In this document: piece after piece, positions 1 through 9,416 of the stretch
Position numbering within the stretch: the stretch's first letter is position 1
Layout of the letters: each line of letters begins with the position of its first letter
From: Candidatus Hydrogenedentota bacterium
Lineage (GTDB): Bacteria > Hydrogenedentota > Hydrogenedentia > Hydrogenedentales > JAEUWI01
Assembly: GCA_034669905.1 (NCBI GenBank)
Contig: JAXMOL010000020.1
Coordinates: 32,001-96,000 of the forward strand
Direction of reading: 5' to 3'
DNA: 64,000 bases
The notes under the pieces: generated by a model
Told to the model about the DNA's origin: nothing
What the model saw: the letters and a program-made list of their open reading frames with translations, nothing else
Database searches by the model: none
Translations under genes and position numbers: made by a program

Positions 1-905
1 TTGAAGGGGATCCGCTCATCATGAACGTTGTACCAGAAATGTTTGGAGACGGCCTTCTTCAGCTTGAAGGAAACACACACGACGCCAATGTAGTCGATTC
101 GATTCAACTGGGCGGCATACTCCTCGTAACCGGCCGGTAACAACGTCGAGAGTACGGTCAAGGGCACCGTAGAGACAACGCGATCGCAGTGGTAGTCCTC
201 GTGCCCGTCAAAACGAAGGCCCGTGACATGGCCGTCCTCCGCCAGTATCTGGGTGACGGGCTGCTCCGCATGGACCCGAACGCCATCTTCTGCCAGGCGT
301 TCGCGCAGTCCATCGAGCAATCGCTTCGTGCCGCCATCCAGATAGCCCATGCGTCCTTTGCACTTGGCCACGCGATGAATGCGGTGCCACACCCAGGCGG
401 CGGATATCTTGTCGTGGAAGTCCCCAAACTTCAATTCGAGGAGGGGTTCCCAGATAACCTGGTAGGCTTGCTCACCCAAGCGGTCGATGAGCCAGGGTTT
501 CGCGGTGAGCTCGTCCAATTGGACCCACTCTTTCCGGGAACGGGCCTCCAATGCAAAGAGCCCCAGGCGAATGCGTTGGGCGAAGGGGATACCGGGAAAT
601 AGCAGGAGGTCGAGGGGGGTGAAAAAGTTGTAGGGCTTCCCGGCGTAATAAAAGCCGGTGGACGCCTTCTTAAAGCGCAGGTGCTCTGAGAGACGGAGTT
701 CCTGGCAGAGGCGAAAGTAGCCAATGTCCGTCGTGCAGAGGAAGTGGTAAAAGTGCTCGATGTCGATGCCGTCGAAATCGAAGGTGGCAATCAGTCCGCC
801 AAGGTCGGCTTCCCGCTGGAAGAGATCGACTTCGTGCCCGGCCTTACGTAAGGCCAGGGCCGTGCTGAGGCCGGCAATACCGGCTCCAATGATTCCTACG
901 CGCAT
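1..905 (-). CDS. FAD/NAD(P)-dependent oxidoreductase (amine oxidase/protoporphyrinogen oxidase-like), 3' end outside window
   Basis: Not in ORF track (no stop in window). Manual translation from ATG at 905 gives MRVGIIGAGIAGLSTALALRKAGHEVDLFQREADLGGLIATFDFDG..EHFYHFL, with a Rossmann GxGxxG motif and a GG motif. Confidence 0.85.
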   Translation of the reverse strand, partial: MRVGIIGAGIAGLSTALALRKAGHEVDLFQREADLGGLIATFDFDGIDIEHFYHFLCTTDIGYFRLCQELRLSEHLRFKKASTGFYYAGKPYNFFTPLDLLLFPGIPFAQRIRLGLFALEARSRKEWVQLDELTAKPWLIDRLGEQAYQVIWEPLLELKFGDFHDKISAAWVWHRIHRVAKCKGRMGYLDGGTKRLLDGLRERLAEDGVRVHAEQPVTQILAEDGHVTGLRFDGHEDYHCDRVVSTVPLTVLSTLLPAGYEEYAAQLNRIDYIGVVCVSFKLKKAVSKHFWYNVHDERIPF

Positions 906-972
906 TCGATGGGCTCTCTTCCGCTACAGGTTACCGGCCACCCCGACGCGGGAGGGCAGGAAGGTCTGTCCC

Positions 973-2880
973 TTAGTCAGCAACAGCATACAGGGCATAG
1001 TCTTCTTCGGCAAGTACGCGCGTCAGGTTGAGGGACCAGGTCGCCGGGGTAATCACATGGGTGAAGCCATAGGTTTGAGAAAGTTGGCGCCATTCTTCGG
1101 TCGAGCGTCCCTGCCAGAGGATGTCCCGGGCGAGGGAAAAGGCCTTGTCCTGTCCATCCGGCGCGAAGCCGTAGCCGTAGAGGTCGCGATAGAGGGTGTC
1201 AATGGCAGGGCCGATTTCGGGGACGTAGCTGATAAGGGAGGGGGTGGCCGCCTCAGCGAGCACGGGGACGCCTGTTTTGGCCTGGAGTAAGATGCTATCG
1301 GGCGCTGCCAGCAAGAGGGCGCCCTCCGTTTCCGAGAGTCGGCTGGCCACCTGGGATTCAAAGGAGCTGAACGGGAGGGAGTGGGCGAGGCGGTGTTGTT
1401 GGAGCAATGTAAACGTGCTCCCGACCAGGAGGATGAGGGCTGGCACAAAGAGAATAGGGTGGAAAAACACGGGCTCCCGTCGCGCATTGCGGGTGATCAG
1501 GTAGCTACTCACGAGCCCGAGGAAGAGGCACATCGCGCCAAAGCGGTGGTAGAGCGCCAGGGCCACGATAGCCGCGAGAACGAGGTAGAAGTGAAGTTGG
1601 CGATCCTTGCGGCGCGTGGGTGCGAGGGCGAGGAGGGTAGCGCCGTAGAGGCCAAAGGCGACCCAGGTCCCATCGTTCAGGTAACGCGCGACGACTCCTG
1701 CCGGGAGATAGGGCATCCAGAATTCACGGGTCAGAAGCACCACCGTGGCGATACCGGTGATCCACCAACCGCGGATGGGCCAGCGCACGATGAGGAGGGC
1801 GCACATGACGGCGAGTGCGAGCGGTGGAACGTGATTAATCAGACGATAAGGCATCCAGGCGATAAGGATGAAAGGGATGTCGGCCCCTTTCCAGGCGTGG
1901 ATAGCCATGGTGCCCCAGACGGCCAGTGCGATACTGCCGCAATAGACGCTCAGCCAGATGCAACAGCGACGTATCGTCGCATCACGGCCGAACCGGGCAC
2001 CGAGTCCACCGAGGAGGAGGGTGCCGATGAGGATGACGTGGCCGTTTCCTGGGGGGAATTGGCGGTGAGGATCATGGTTCGCCGTATAGCCCTGCCAGAC
2101 GGCTTTTACATCCCCCGAGACCGCGAAGGGGCCCTCCGTGGCGGGGGGCATGACAAACTGTCGCTGGATGACAAAGAACGCCGCCGTGATGCCCAGTCCA
2201 ATCAGCACCATGGTCAACAGGGTCTTGAAGGGGGGCAGGGGCGCGGGGTCGTCGCGGTGTTTTTGCAGATGGAGATACCCGAGCCAGATGGCATAGGCCG
2301 TGAGCGTGGCGACCAGGGGGGGCCATTGTCCAATATGGATGGCGGGAATAAGCCCCAGGAGCAACCAGGCGCTGCGATGGGCCTGCACCAGCAAGGCACC
2401 CAGCGCCAGAAGCACCACGCCGCCCCCGATGTGGCCGTTGGAGTAGAGGGCAGGCCAGACCATGGTGGGGTAGCTGCCATCGAACTCGAGCAAGAGGCCC
2501 TGCAGGAGCAGAAAGGCCGCGAGCAAGCCCGCCAGCACCGAACGGGCCATCGTGGTGGCGATGACATAGACGGGCAATAGGCTTGCCAGCAAAAACAGAA
2601 CGTTGCGGAGTCCGCAAAACAGCGCGGGGCCCATGCCGAGCTTCACGGCCAGACCCGCGAGCCAGGTCTGAAGGCTGAAGGCATTGTGGACATAGACTGC
2701 CAGGGGGTGGCCGGCGGGATAGGTGACCTGCCCCGCCAGAATCTGGGCGTGCTCGTAGCTTTCGTCCCACTGGACGCCCCGGGCAATGACCGCGAGCACC
2801 GCGAAAAGGGTGCAGGTCACGATGCCAGCCCAGAAGAGGGCACGGGACACGGGCGTATTTACGAGATCGTCAGTCCGCAA
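973..2880 (-). CDS. Polytopic membrane protein, possibly GT-C-like glycosyltransferase/flippase-associated
   Basis: Many hydrophobic segments; acidic WDES motif after first TM helix; probable TTG start at 2880 with GGAAGG RBS (ORF track 973..3024). Confidence 0.6.
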   Translation of the reverse strand: MRTDDLVNTPVSRALFWAGIVTCTLFAVLAVIARGVQWDESYEHAQILAGQVTYPAGHPLAVYVHNAFSLQTWLAGLAVKLGMGPALFCGLRNVLFLLASLLPVYVIATTMARSVLAGLLAAFLLLQGLLLEFDGSYPTMVWPALYSNGHIGGGVVLLALGALLVQAHRSAWLLLGLIPAIHIGQWPPLVATLTAYAIWLGYLHLQKHRDDPAPLPPFKTLLTMVLIGLGITAAFFVIQRQFVMPPATEGPFAVSGDVKAVWQGYTANHDPHRQFPPGNGHVILIGTLLLGGLGARFGRDATIRRCCIWLSVYCGSIALAVWGTMAIHAWKGADIPFILIAWMPYRLINHVPPLALAVMCALLIVRWPIRGWWITGIATVVLLTREFWMPYLPAGVVARYLNDGTWVAFGLYGATLLALAPTRRKDRQLHFYLVLAAIVALALYHRFGAMCLFLGLVSSYLITRNARREPVFFHPILFVPALILLVGSTFTLLQQHRLAHSLPFSSFESQVASRLSETEGALLLAAPDSILLQAKTGVPVLAEAATPSLISYVPEIGPAIDTLYRDLYGYGFAPDGQDKAFSLARDILWQGRSTEEWRQLSQTYGFTHVITPATWSLNLTRVLAEEDYALYAVAD

Positions 2881-2927
2881 ACGGGGATTTCCTTCCGACG
2901 GGAGTATAGGGTGATTGAAGACGAGAG

Positions 2928-3812
2928 TTAAACAGCCGGGGTTGTTTGCTGGTTCCGCGTCCGGGTGGAGATAAGTCCTACCTGTCCGAAGGCAACCCCC
3001 ATGTGGCGCGCAATGATCTCGCACTTGGCCCGTAGAATCAAGAAGACGTTGCCGTCAAATTCATCAATGGTCTCGTAGTTCCCCTGGCCTTTACCGATAA
3101 TGACGTCGGCGGCGGCCATGCGATCGAGGAAAGATTGGGGGACTTGCTCCAGCGGCGAGCCGATAAAGGCACCACCGTTGTCGATGACGTCACACACGGC
3201 GGTCAGCCCCACCAGTTCGGCGTCGGCCCGCACCACGTCATTCAGCATGGGCGCGCCTTTGACCACAGCGGTCACGGTGGTGTGTTTTTGGAGTTCTTCA
3301 ATCAGGAGTTTGTCAAAGACGATTTCTCCGGCGTTGTCCAGCAGATAAAGGAGATCATCACAATTTTCCAAGGCGGCCTTGAGTACGTCGGTGTGGTCGA
3401 CAGAGAATCGCTCGTGGAGCACTTCTTCAATCACCTTTTCGATATCAATTTCTTCGCTGTCAAGGATACCCAGGTCGATAACGTTTCCGGCTGCCGCGAG
3501 ATGGAGGGCCGTTACAAGGGGATCGGCGCTCTCTTTGATACGGCTTCGCATGGAGGCCTCAAGGGAAAGGGCCATCTCGTTTTGTGCCTGTTTCAGGGCC
3601 TCGTAGGGATCCGTCTTGCCCGAGTGCTTTGCCGCCAGTTGGTAGGCGGTCATGGAAAGGGACGCCGGTGAATCGTTGGTATCCATTTGCGGTATGCGGG
3701 CCAGTGTTTCATCGAGTATTTTTCGCTGCGTGGCCGTATCGTCGGTGGCAATACGGGCGGCGCGGAGGGCCTGTTTGGCGACACATTCGAGACAGTCTAG
3801 GGTGGCTTTCAT
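2928..3812 (-). CDS. ARMT1-like/DUF89 damage-control phosphatase
   Basis: N-terminal CxxC, GNVIDLG, YLLDNAGEIVFD, PMLND and KGQGNYET motifs. Confidence 0.9.
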   Translation of the reverse strand: MKATLDCLECVAKQALRAARIATDDTATQRKILDETLARIPQMDTNDSPASLSMTAYQLAAKHSGKTDPYEALKQAQNEMALSLEASMRSRIKESADPLVTALHLAAAGNVIDLGILDSEEIDIEKVIEEVLHERFSVDHTDVLKAALENCDDLLYLLDNAGEIVFDKLLIEELQKHTTVTAVVKGAPMLNDVVRADAELVGLTAVCDVIDNGGAFIGSPLEQVPQSFLDRMAAADVIIGKGQGNYETIDEFDGNVFLILRAKCEIIARHMGVAFGQVGLISTRTRNQQTTPAV

Positions 3813-4013
3813 ACCGGTGCTTTCAGGGGTGGTGGATGGTGTGTTGGTCGACGGGGTCCCCCGCCGGGTAAACGTCGGTTATTATACCCCGTTGGACATG
3901 ACCGAATATATTCTGTTCTAATCGGTATCTTAATCAGTAACCCGTTCTCCGACCCGTTTGCAGACAAACGTGCCCCGTGAGAACTTGTTTTTTACGTACG
4001 AAGAGGATTTGTC

Positions 4014-4562
4014 ATGGGTGGCTTTTTAGAAGGTGCGACAACGCTCATGGATAATACCATGTCCATCGCGGGATGGAGTTTTTTCGGCCTCGCGATCATT
4101 ATCGGGCTTGGTCTGGATATGGTGGGATTGTTTGGTAATTGGATTATCCTGGGCGCGTGCGTTATCGCGTGGGTGGCGACCGGTTTCGATCATTTCGGGA
4201 TCTGGGGCCTTCTCTTCATGACGGGCTTTGCCGTGTTGGGTGAAGTGCTCGAGACCGCCTTTGCGGGCTACGGTGCGAAGAAGTTTGGCGGCAGCAAAGG
4301 AAGCATCGTGGCAGCGCTGGTCGGCTGTATTCTGGGCGCCATTGCGGGCACGTTTATTCCCATCCCCATTATCGGCACCCTGATCGGTGCGTGTCTGGGG
4401 GCCTTCCTCGGCGCGGCGCTCTATGAATACATCAAGATGGAGAAGCGGGCCGGCGAAGCGGCCTGGACCGGATTGGGTGCCGCGCTGGGTAAAGTGGGCG
4501 GGCTTTTTGCCAAGCTCTTCTGCGGTTTCGCCATGCTGGTGGTGATATTCTTCAGTTTCTAA
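4014..4562 (+). CDS. DUF456 family membrane protein
   Basis: GAKKFGGSK motif, Gly-rich TM helices, AGAGGA RBS. Confidence 0.8.
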   Translation: MGGFLEGATTLMDNTMSIAGWSFFGLAIIIGLGLDMVGLFGNWIILGACVIAWVATGFDHFGIWGLLFMTGFAVLGEVLETAFAGYGAKKFGGSKGSIVAALVGCILGAIAGTFIPIPIIGTLIGACLGAFLGAALYEYIKMEKRAGEAAWTGLGAALGKVGGLFAKLFCGFAMLVVIFFSF

Positions 4563-4646
4563 GTGGCCTGCCTGGAGCCACCGTATCATGGTGGCGACGT
4601 TGCGTCGGGGCGACGCTGCAGTGGGGAAAAGTAAAAGGATTCCGAT

Positions 4647-6086
4647 ATGATTAGTCGATGCATTGCGCGTGTGTTCCTGTTGGCCAGCCTCGTGGGCGCG
4701 GCGGTAACGGGTTATGCGGAAAAACCCAACGTGGTATTGATTTTTACCGATGACCAGGGCTACGGCGATTTGGGGTGCTACGGGGCCGAGGGCTACGAGA
4801 CACCCCACATCGACCGCATGGCGGCAGAAGGCGTCCGTTTTACGGATTTCTATGTGCCCGCACCTGTCTGCACCCCTTCGCGGGCGGCCCTGCTCACCGG
4901 GTGTTATCCCATGCGCCTGGGCTTAGGCAATCGGGTCTTCTTTCCCTACTCTATGCGGGGGCTCAATCCCTCGGAGACGACCCTGGCCGAGCTGCTGAAG
5001 GAAGCGGGTTACGCTACCGGGATGGTGGGCAAGTGGCACCTGGGGCACCACACGCCCTTTTTGCCAACCCGCCAGGGCTTCGACAGCTTTTTCGGCACGC
5101 CCTATAGCAACGATATGAACAGCCACTACTATAAGCAATTCGACTTCCGGTCGCCGCCCCTGCCCCTCATGCGCGGTGAGCATGTCGTCGAGCGCGACCC
5201 GGACCAGCGCTATCTGACGCGGCGCTATACAGAAGAAGCGGTTCGTTATATCCATGCCCATAAAGAGGCGCCCTTCTTTCTCTATGTAGCCCATAATATG
5301 CCCCACGTCCCGATTTACGCGTCGGATGAGTTTGCCGGGAGCACCGCCCATGGGCGCTATGGGGATGTGATCGCGGAGATAGACTGGAGCGTGGGGGAAA
5401 TCCTCGCTGCACTGGAGTCCGCAGGCGTGGCAGAAAATACGCTGGTTATTTTTACGAGTGACAATGGCCCCGTTACCGGGCAGCGCAAGAGTCCGGATGG
5501 CCCCTATAACTCGGGTTCCGCCGGGCCGCTCCGGGGACGGAAGAATCAGACCTGGGAGGGAGGCATGCGGGTGCCCGCCATCATGCGGTGGCCGGGCACG
5601 GTGCCCGCCGGGACGGTGGCGACCGAGTTGAGCACCGCCATGGACATCTTGCCGACGATTGCGGCGATTGTGGACGTGCCCCTGCCCACGGCGACCATCG
5701 ACGGGAAGGATATTTTTCCCATCATGACCGGCAAGTCGGAGGGAAAATCGCCCTATGAAGCCTTCTACTACTACCGGGATAACCGCCTCCAGGCCGTGCG
5801 CAGTGGCCCCTGGAAACTCCATGTCTTTCGACCGGAGTGGGATGGGAAGGCGCACGCACCTCTGTTGTATCACCTCGGTGAAGACATCGGGGAAAGGACG
5901 GATGTGGCTGCCCAACACCCAGACGTCGTGAGCGCCTTAGAGAAATTGGCGGAGGAGGCGCGAAATGAATTGGGTGACGCCGTTGTGGGGCAGATCGGCG
6001 CGAACGTGCGGGACACGGCCCTATTCGGTTCAGACCGGAAGGGCGACGATGGTCATCTGATTACACCCGGGGGTCTCAAAAAATGA
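4647..6086 (+). CDS. Exported arylsulfatase (formylglycine-dependent S1 sulfatase)
   Basis: Signal peptide; PNVVLIFTDDQGYGD, CTPSRAALLTG, GKWHLG and FTSDNG motifs. Confidence 0.95.
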   Translation: MISRCIARVFLLASLVGAAVTGYAEKPNVVLIFTDDQGYGDLGCYGAEGYETPHIDRMAAEGVRFTDFYVPAPVCTPSRAALLTGCYPMRLGLGNRVFFPYSMRGLNPSETTLAELLKEAGYATGMVGKWHLGHHTPFLPTRQGFDSFFGTPYSNDMNSHYYKQFDFRSPPLPLMRGEHVVERDPDQRYLTRRYTEEAVRYIHAHKEAPFFLYVAHNMPHVPIYASDEFAGSTAHGRYGDVIAEIDWSVGEILAALESAGVAENTLVIFTSDNGPVTGQRKSPDGPYNSGSAGPLRGRKNQTWEGGMRVPAIMRWPGTVPAGTVATELSTAMDILPTIAAIVDVPLPTATIDGKDIFPIMTGKSEGKSPYEAFYYYRDNRLQAVRSGPWKLHVFRPEWDGKAHAPLLYHLGEDIGERTDVAAQHPDVVSALEKLAEEARNELGDAVVGQIGANVRDTALFGSDRKGDDGHLITPGGLKK

Positions 6087-6241
6087 CGGGGAGGCGGGGG
6101 TGCATACCGTTTGCAGGGCCGTGAAGCCCTGCGATTACCGGTGAAATCGGTGAATTTTCTTGCATCCTCGCGGGTAGACCCCGTATGATCACGGGCTAAC
6201 CCACCAACCCCCAGCCCGTCCCGGGCGATCAGGAAATTTGA

Positions 6242-9200
6242 ATGAGCACCCCACGCACGCATGTATCTCTGGATGGCACCTGGACTCTGGCCCTCGACCC
6301 GAAACACGTCGGTGTCGACAAGCGCTGGTTTGAGAAGGCCCCCTCGGAACAAAAAGAGATTCAGTTGCCCACGATGCAGTCGCAAGACATTGCTGCCCAG
6401 GGCGGCGTGGGATGGTTCTTCAAGACCTTTGAAACGGATGCCGCCTGGAAGGGTTCTTTCGTTTCGCTTCAGCTGGGTATGACCCGATTCCCGTCCCGCA
6501 TCTGGCTCAACGGTACGCAATTGGGCGATCACGTGGGCGGCGGCACCCCGGCCACATTTCCGATCAGTGCGCAGCTGAAATCCGGCACGAATCTATTGGC
6601 CATTCGCCTCGAACTCTTCGGGCAGGATGAGGAAGTGGTGGGTGAGCTTCCGGTCTACTATCCCGGCGATGTGCCTGCCGACGTTTCCCTGGCGGTCATG
6701 CCCAAGGCGCACATCGAACAGATCTATCTGCAGCCCGACATCCGCCGGAAGCGCGTGAAAGTTCAGGTGGAAGCCCCATCGGGTGCAACGGTTCATCTGC
6801 AGATCGAGGGCACGGAAAACCGTATCGAGGGCGAGCCCGGCGAATTGGTCCTGCCCTTCCCCGAATTCGAATGCTGGTCCCCCACGAAGCCCCAGCGCTA
6901 CGTCCTCCGGGTGGACCTGATTAACAGTGACGACAATGTGGACAGCCTGTCCATCCCCTTTGGGATGCGTGAGTTCACCGTCAAAGACGAGCGCTTCTAC
7001 CTGAATAATCGCCCCCATTTTGTGAAGTGCGCGAGCTATGTGCCCCAGTATCCGTCCACACTCAAGGCGGACAAGCTGGACATGCTCATCAAGCGGGAAC
7101 TGACCCTCCTGAAAGAGGGCGGCTTCAATACGATTCGTATTTGCGATGCTCCCGCGCCCGAAGCGCTGCTGGAAATGGCCGATTCGATGGGTCTGCTCGT
7201 CTTCGCAGAAGCGGGTGATGCCGACTCCTTTGGCAGCACGCCTGAATGGCAGCGGGCGGTTGAGGCCCTGGTCCTGCGCGATCGGAATCGCGCCTCCGTG
7301 GTGGCCTGGTGTGGCATCCACGTGGTGCATCCAAATGCGAAGCCTTCTCAAAACCTCCCGGCTTCCTGTGCCGCAGACATTCGTGCCCTGGACCCGAGTC
7401 GCCTTCTGCTGTGTGATGCGCCCCCCCGTCGGGGTATCAAGTATTTTTCGTCGACGTTGGTGCGTCCCTACCGGGATGATGCCGAGGCCTATGAATCCTA
7501 CGATACGGCGATTATCCCGCCCGTTGGGCAGCTTGCCAAAGACTACCTGCGTTTTTCCGGGGATCCGGCCCGCCTCAACTACCAGGCCCGCCTCAGTGTG
7601 GGGGGGACCGCCGGGTGGGCAGACGGTACAGCGGCAGGTAAGGCGGAACAAAAGCAATTCGAAGAAACCTTTCTGGCCCGGAAGATGGAACGCTGTTTCG
7701 GCAGTGTGGAAAACTTCATCGCGGCCGCGCAGAAGATGCAGGACACGGCCCTCAAGACACAGATTGATGCGGTCCGCTCCAACGTGAAGATGATGGGCTA
7801 CGGCGTAGAGTATCTCTGCGACGGTCCTTCGACGGCCCCCTTCGGTCTGGCCGACATCAAGCGCCAACCCAAGGCCGTGTTGACCGCATTGAAACAGGTG
7901 CAGCAAGAGGTCCGGCCGGTTATTCAGATGTACAAGACCAACTTGGTTCCCCGCGAAGAAGTGGGCGTGACCATTTTGCTGGTCAACGAAGCGCGTATTG
8001 AAGGGCGGGCTGAACTCTCCCTTCAGGTCGTGGGTCCCACGAATCAGGTGCTTTGGAAAAAGAAACGGCAGGTGAAGATTCCCCGTCATGGCCGGGAAAT
8101 CTGGACCGGCGAGATTGCCGCCTCGGGCTCTCCGGGGCCCCACCGCTTTGTGGTGCGCCTGATTCAGGACCGAAAGGTAGTCGGCGAGAATTCGGTGGAC
8201 CTCCATGTTGTGCAGCCCCTCAAGACCGAGCCCGTGGAAGTGAATGTGTTGGGTGAAGAGTCGAAGTGGCACAAGGCGGTCGGTCGCTTCGCCAAGCTTC
8301 ACAATTTTCTTGCACCAATCCATATTGTTCCGCCCATCACCAATTCCATTCGGGCCTATCCCGCCCATGATCTGTTTCAGATGCTCGCCCAGGTGAACGA
8401 GGGGGCGGTGGCGATCGTATTCAGCCCACCGGAAGACTGGAATGACATCACGGAGTACGTGGGCAGTAGTTTGAAGATATCCTCCCAACGTATCGACGAA
8501 GGGCAGCGAATTAACCACCATTACGCCAAATTGCATCCGGTATTTGACGGACTCCCTTCACGGGATCTGATGCGTCAGCCCTATCAGAACCTGCTTTCCA
8601 TGTGGGCCTTTGAAAACGACAGCGACGAAGAGATGACCGGGGTGCACAGTGTGTTCCGGGAGGCAGGCGGCCCGCTTCGGCACTGGTGGGGCAACAACAT
8701 TACAGTCAAACGGCTGGGTGCAGGCCGGGTCGTATTTACCCACCTGCGCGTGCTTGAGCACCTTGGTAGTGACCCGGTGGCCGACCGCTTTTTCGTCAAC
8801 CTTCTACAGCACTTCTCCCGCCGCTCCATTCCTTCGACCGAACTGATTGGGGCTGACCAACGGGCCGTGGGCTGGATGGCCCAGCAGCGCAATACGGGCT
8901 GTCGCAAATGGATGGTGCTTGGCTCGTTCCCCAACTGGAACGGGCGCTCGGGCCACGACGCGGTCTTTCCGCCCGAAACGGCCATCGATTTCGACGCGAC
9001 CTATCCGGGATGGTACCGGGCCCTGCGTTGGAAGAACTGGAATACCCGTGATGTAAACCGTCATACCATCGATTTTACCGCAGCCCTTGACGGCGATGTC
9101 GGTACGGGGGAACCCACGCCCTATGGCACGGCCTACGCCTATGCGGAGTTCAGCTGTGATCGTCGCCAGGAGGTTGCCCTCAACCTGGAAGGCGGACATG

Positions 9201-9409
9201 CCACCAAAGTCTGGATGAATGGCATGCGCATTCATGAGACCGACCTGGACGAAGAAGGACGCGGGGACTACGAGACCCTGGTCAGTTGGGTGAAGCAGGG
9301 TAAGAACACCCTGCTCGTCAAGTGTTCCAAAGGTCCGGGTCCCTTTAAGCTTGCCGTCGATATCGATCCCACCGGGACCGCTCCGCTGCTGCTTAACTGG
9401 TGGAAATAG
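6242..9409 (+). CDS. Glycoside hydrolase family 2-like protein, catalytic glutamates apparently lost; C-terminal PA14-like domain
   Basis: GH2 architecture (SLDGTW; FGMREFTVKDERFYLNNRP; LKEGGFNTIR; RDRNRASVVAW), but the WS.GNE motif reads WCGIHV. Confidence 0.75.
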   Translation: MSTPRTHVSLDGTWTLALDPKHVGVDKRWFEKAPSEQKEIQLPTMQSQDIAAQGGVGWFFKTFETDAAWKGSFVSLQLGMTRFPSRIWLNGTQLGDHVGGGTPATFPISAQLKSGTNLLAIRLELFGQDEEVVGELPVYYPGDVPADVSLAVMPKAHIEQIYLQPDIRRKRVKVQVEAPSGATVHLQIEGTENRIEGEPGELVLPFPEFECWSPTKPQRYVLRVDLINSDDNVDSLSIPFGMREFTVKDERFYLNNRPHFVKCASYVPQYPSTLKADKLDMLIKRELTLLKEGGFNTIRICDAPAPEALLEMADSMGLLVFAEAGDADSFGSTPEWQRAVEALVLRDRNRASVVAWCGIHVVHPNAKPSQNLPASCAADIRALDPSRLLLCDAPPRRGIKYFSSTLVRPYRDDAEAYESYDTAIIPPVGQLAKDYLRFSGDPARLNYQARLSVGGTAGWADGTAAGKAEQKQFEETFLARKMERCFGSVENFIAAAQKMQDTALKTQIDAVRSNVKMMGYGVEYLCDGPSTAPFGLADIKRQPKAVLTALKQVQQEVRPVIQMYKTNLVPREEVGVTILLVNEARIEGRAELSLQVVGPTNQVLWKKKRQVKIPRHGREIWTGEIAASGSPGPHRFVVRLIQDRKVVGENSVDLHVVQPLKTEPVEVNVLGEESKWHKAVGRFAKLHNFLAPIHIVPPITNSIRAYPAHDLFQMLAQVNEGAVAIVFSPPEDWNDITEYVGSSLKISSQRIDEGQRINHHYAKLHPVFDGLPSRDLMRQPYQNLLSMWAFENDSDEEMTGVHSVFREAGGPLRHWWGNNITVKRLGAGRVVFTHLRVLEHLGSDPVADRFFVNLLQHFSRRSIPSTELIGADQRAVGWMAQQRNTGCRKWMVLGSFPNWNGRSGHDAVFPPETAIDFDATYPGWYRALRWKNWNTRDVNRHTIDFTAALDGDVGTGEPTPYGTAYAYAEFSCDRRQEVALNLEGGHATKVWMNGMRIHETDLDEEGRGDYETLVSWVKQGKNTLLVKCSKGPGPFKLAVDIDPTGTAPLLLNWWK

Positions 9410-9416
9410 CGTCCGT

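Noticed and set aside
158..790. Short ORFs listed in the track at the window start
   Set aside because: Alternative frames of the partial FAD oxidoreductase gene (1..905, minus)
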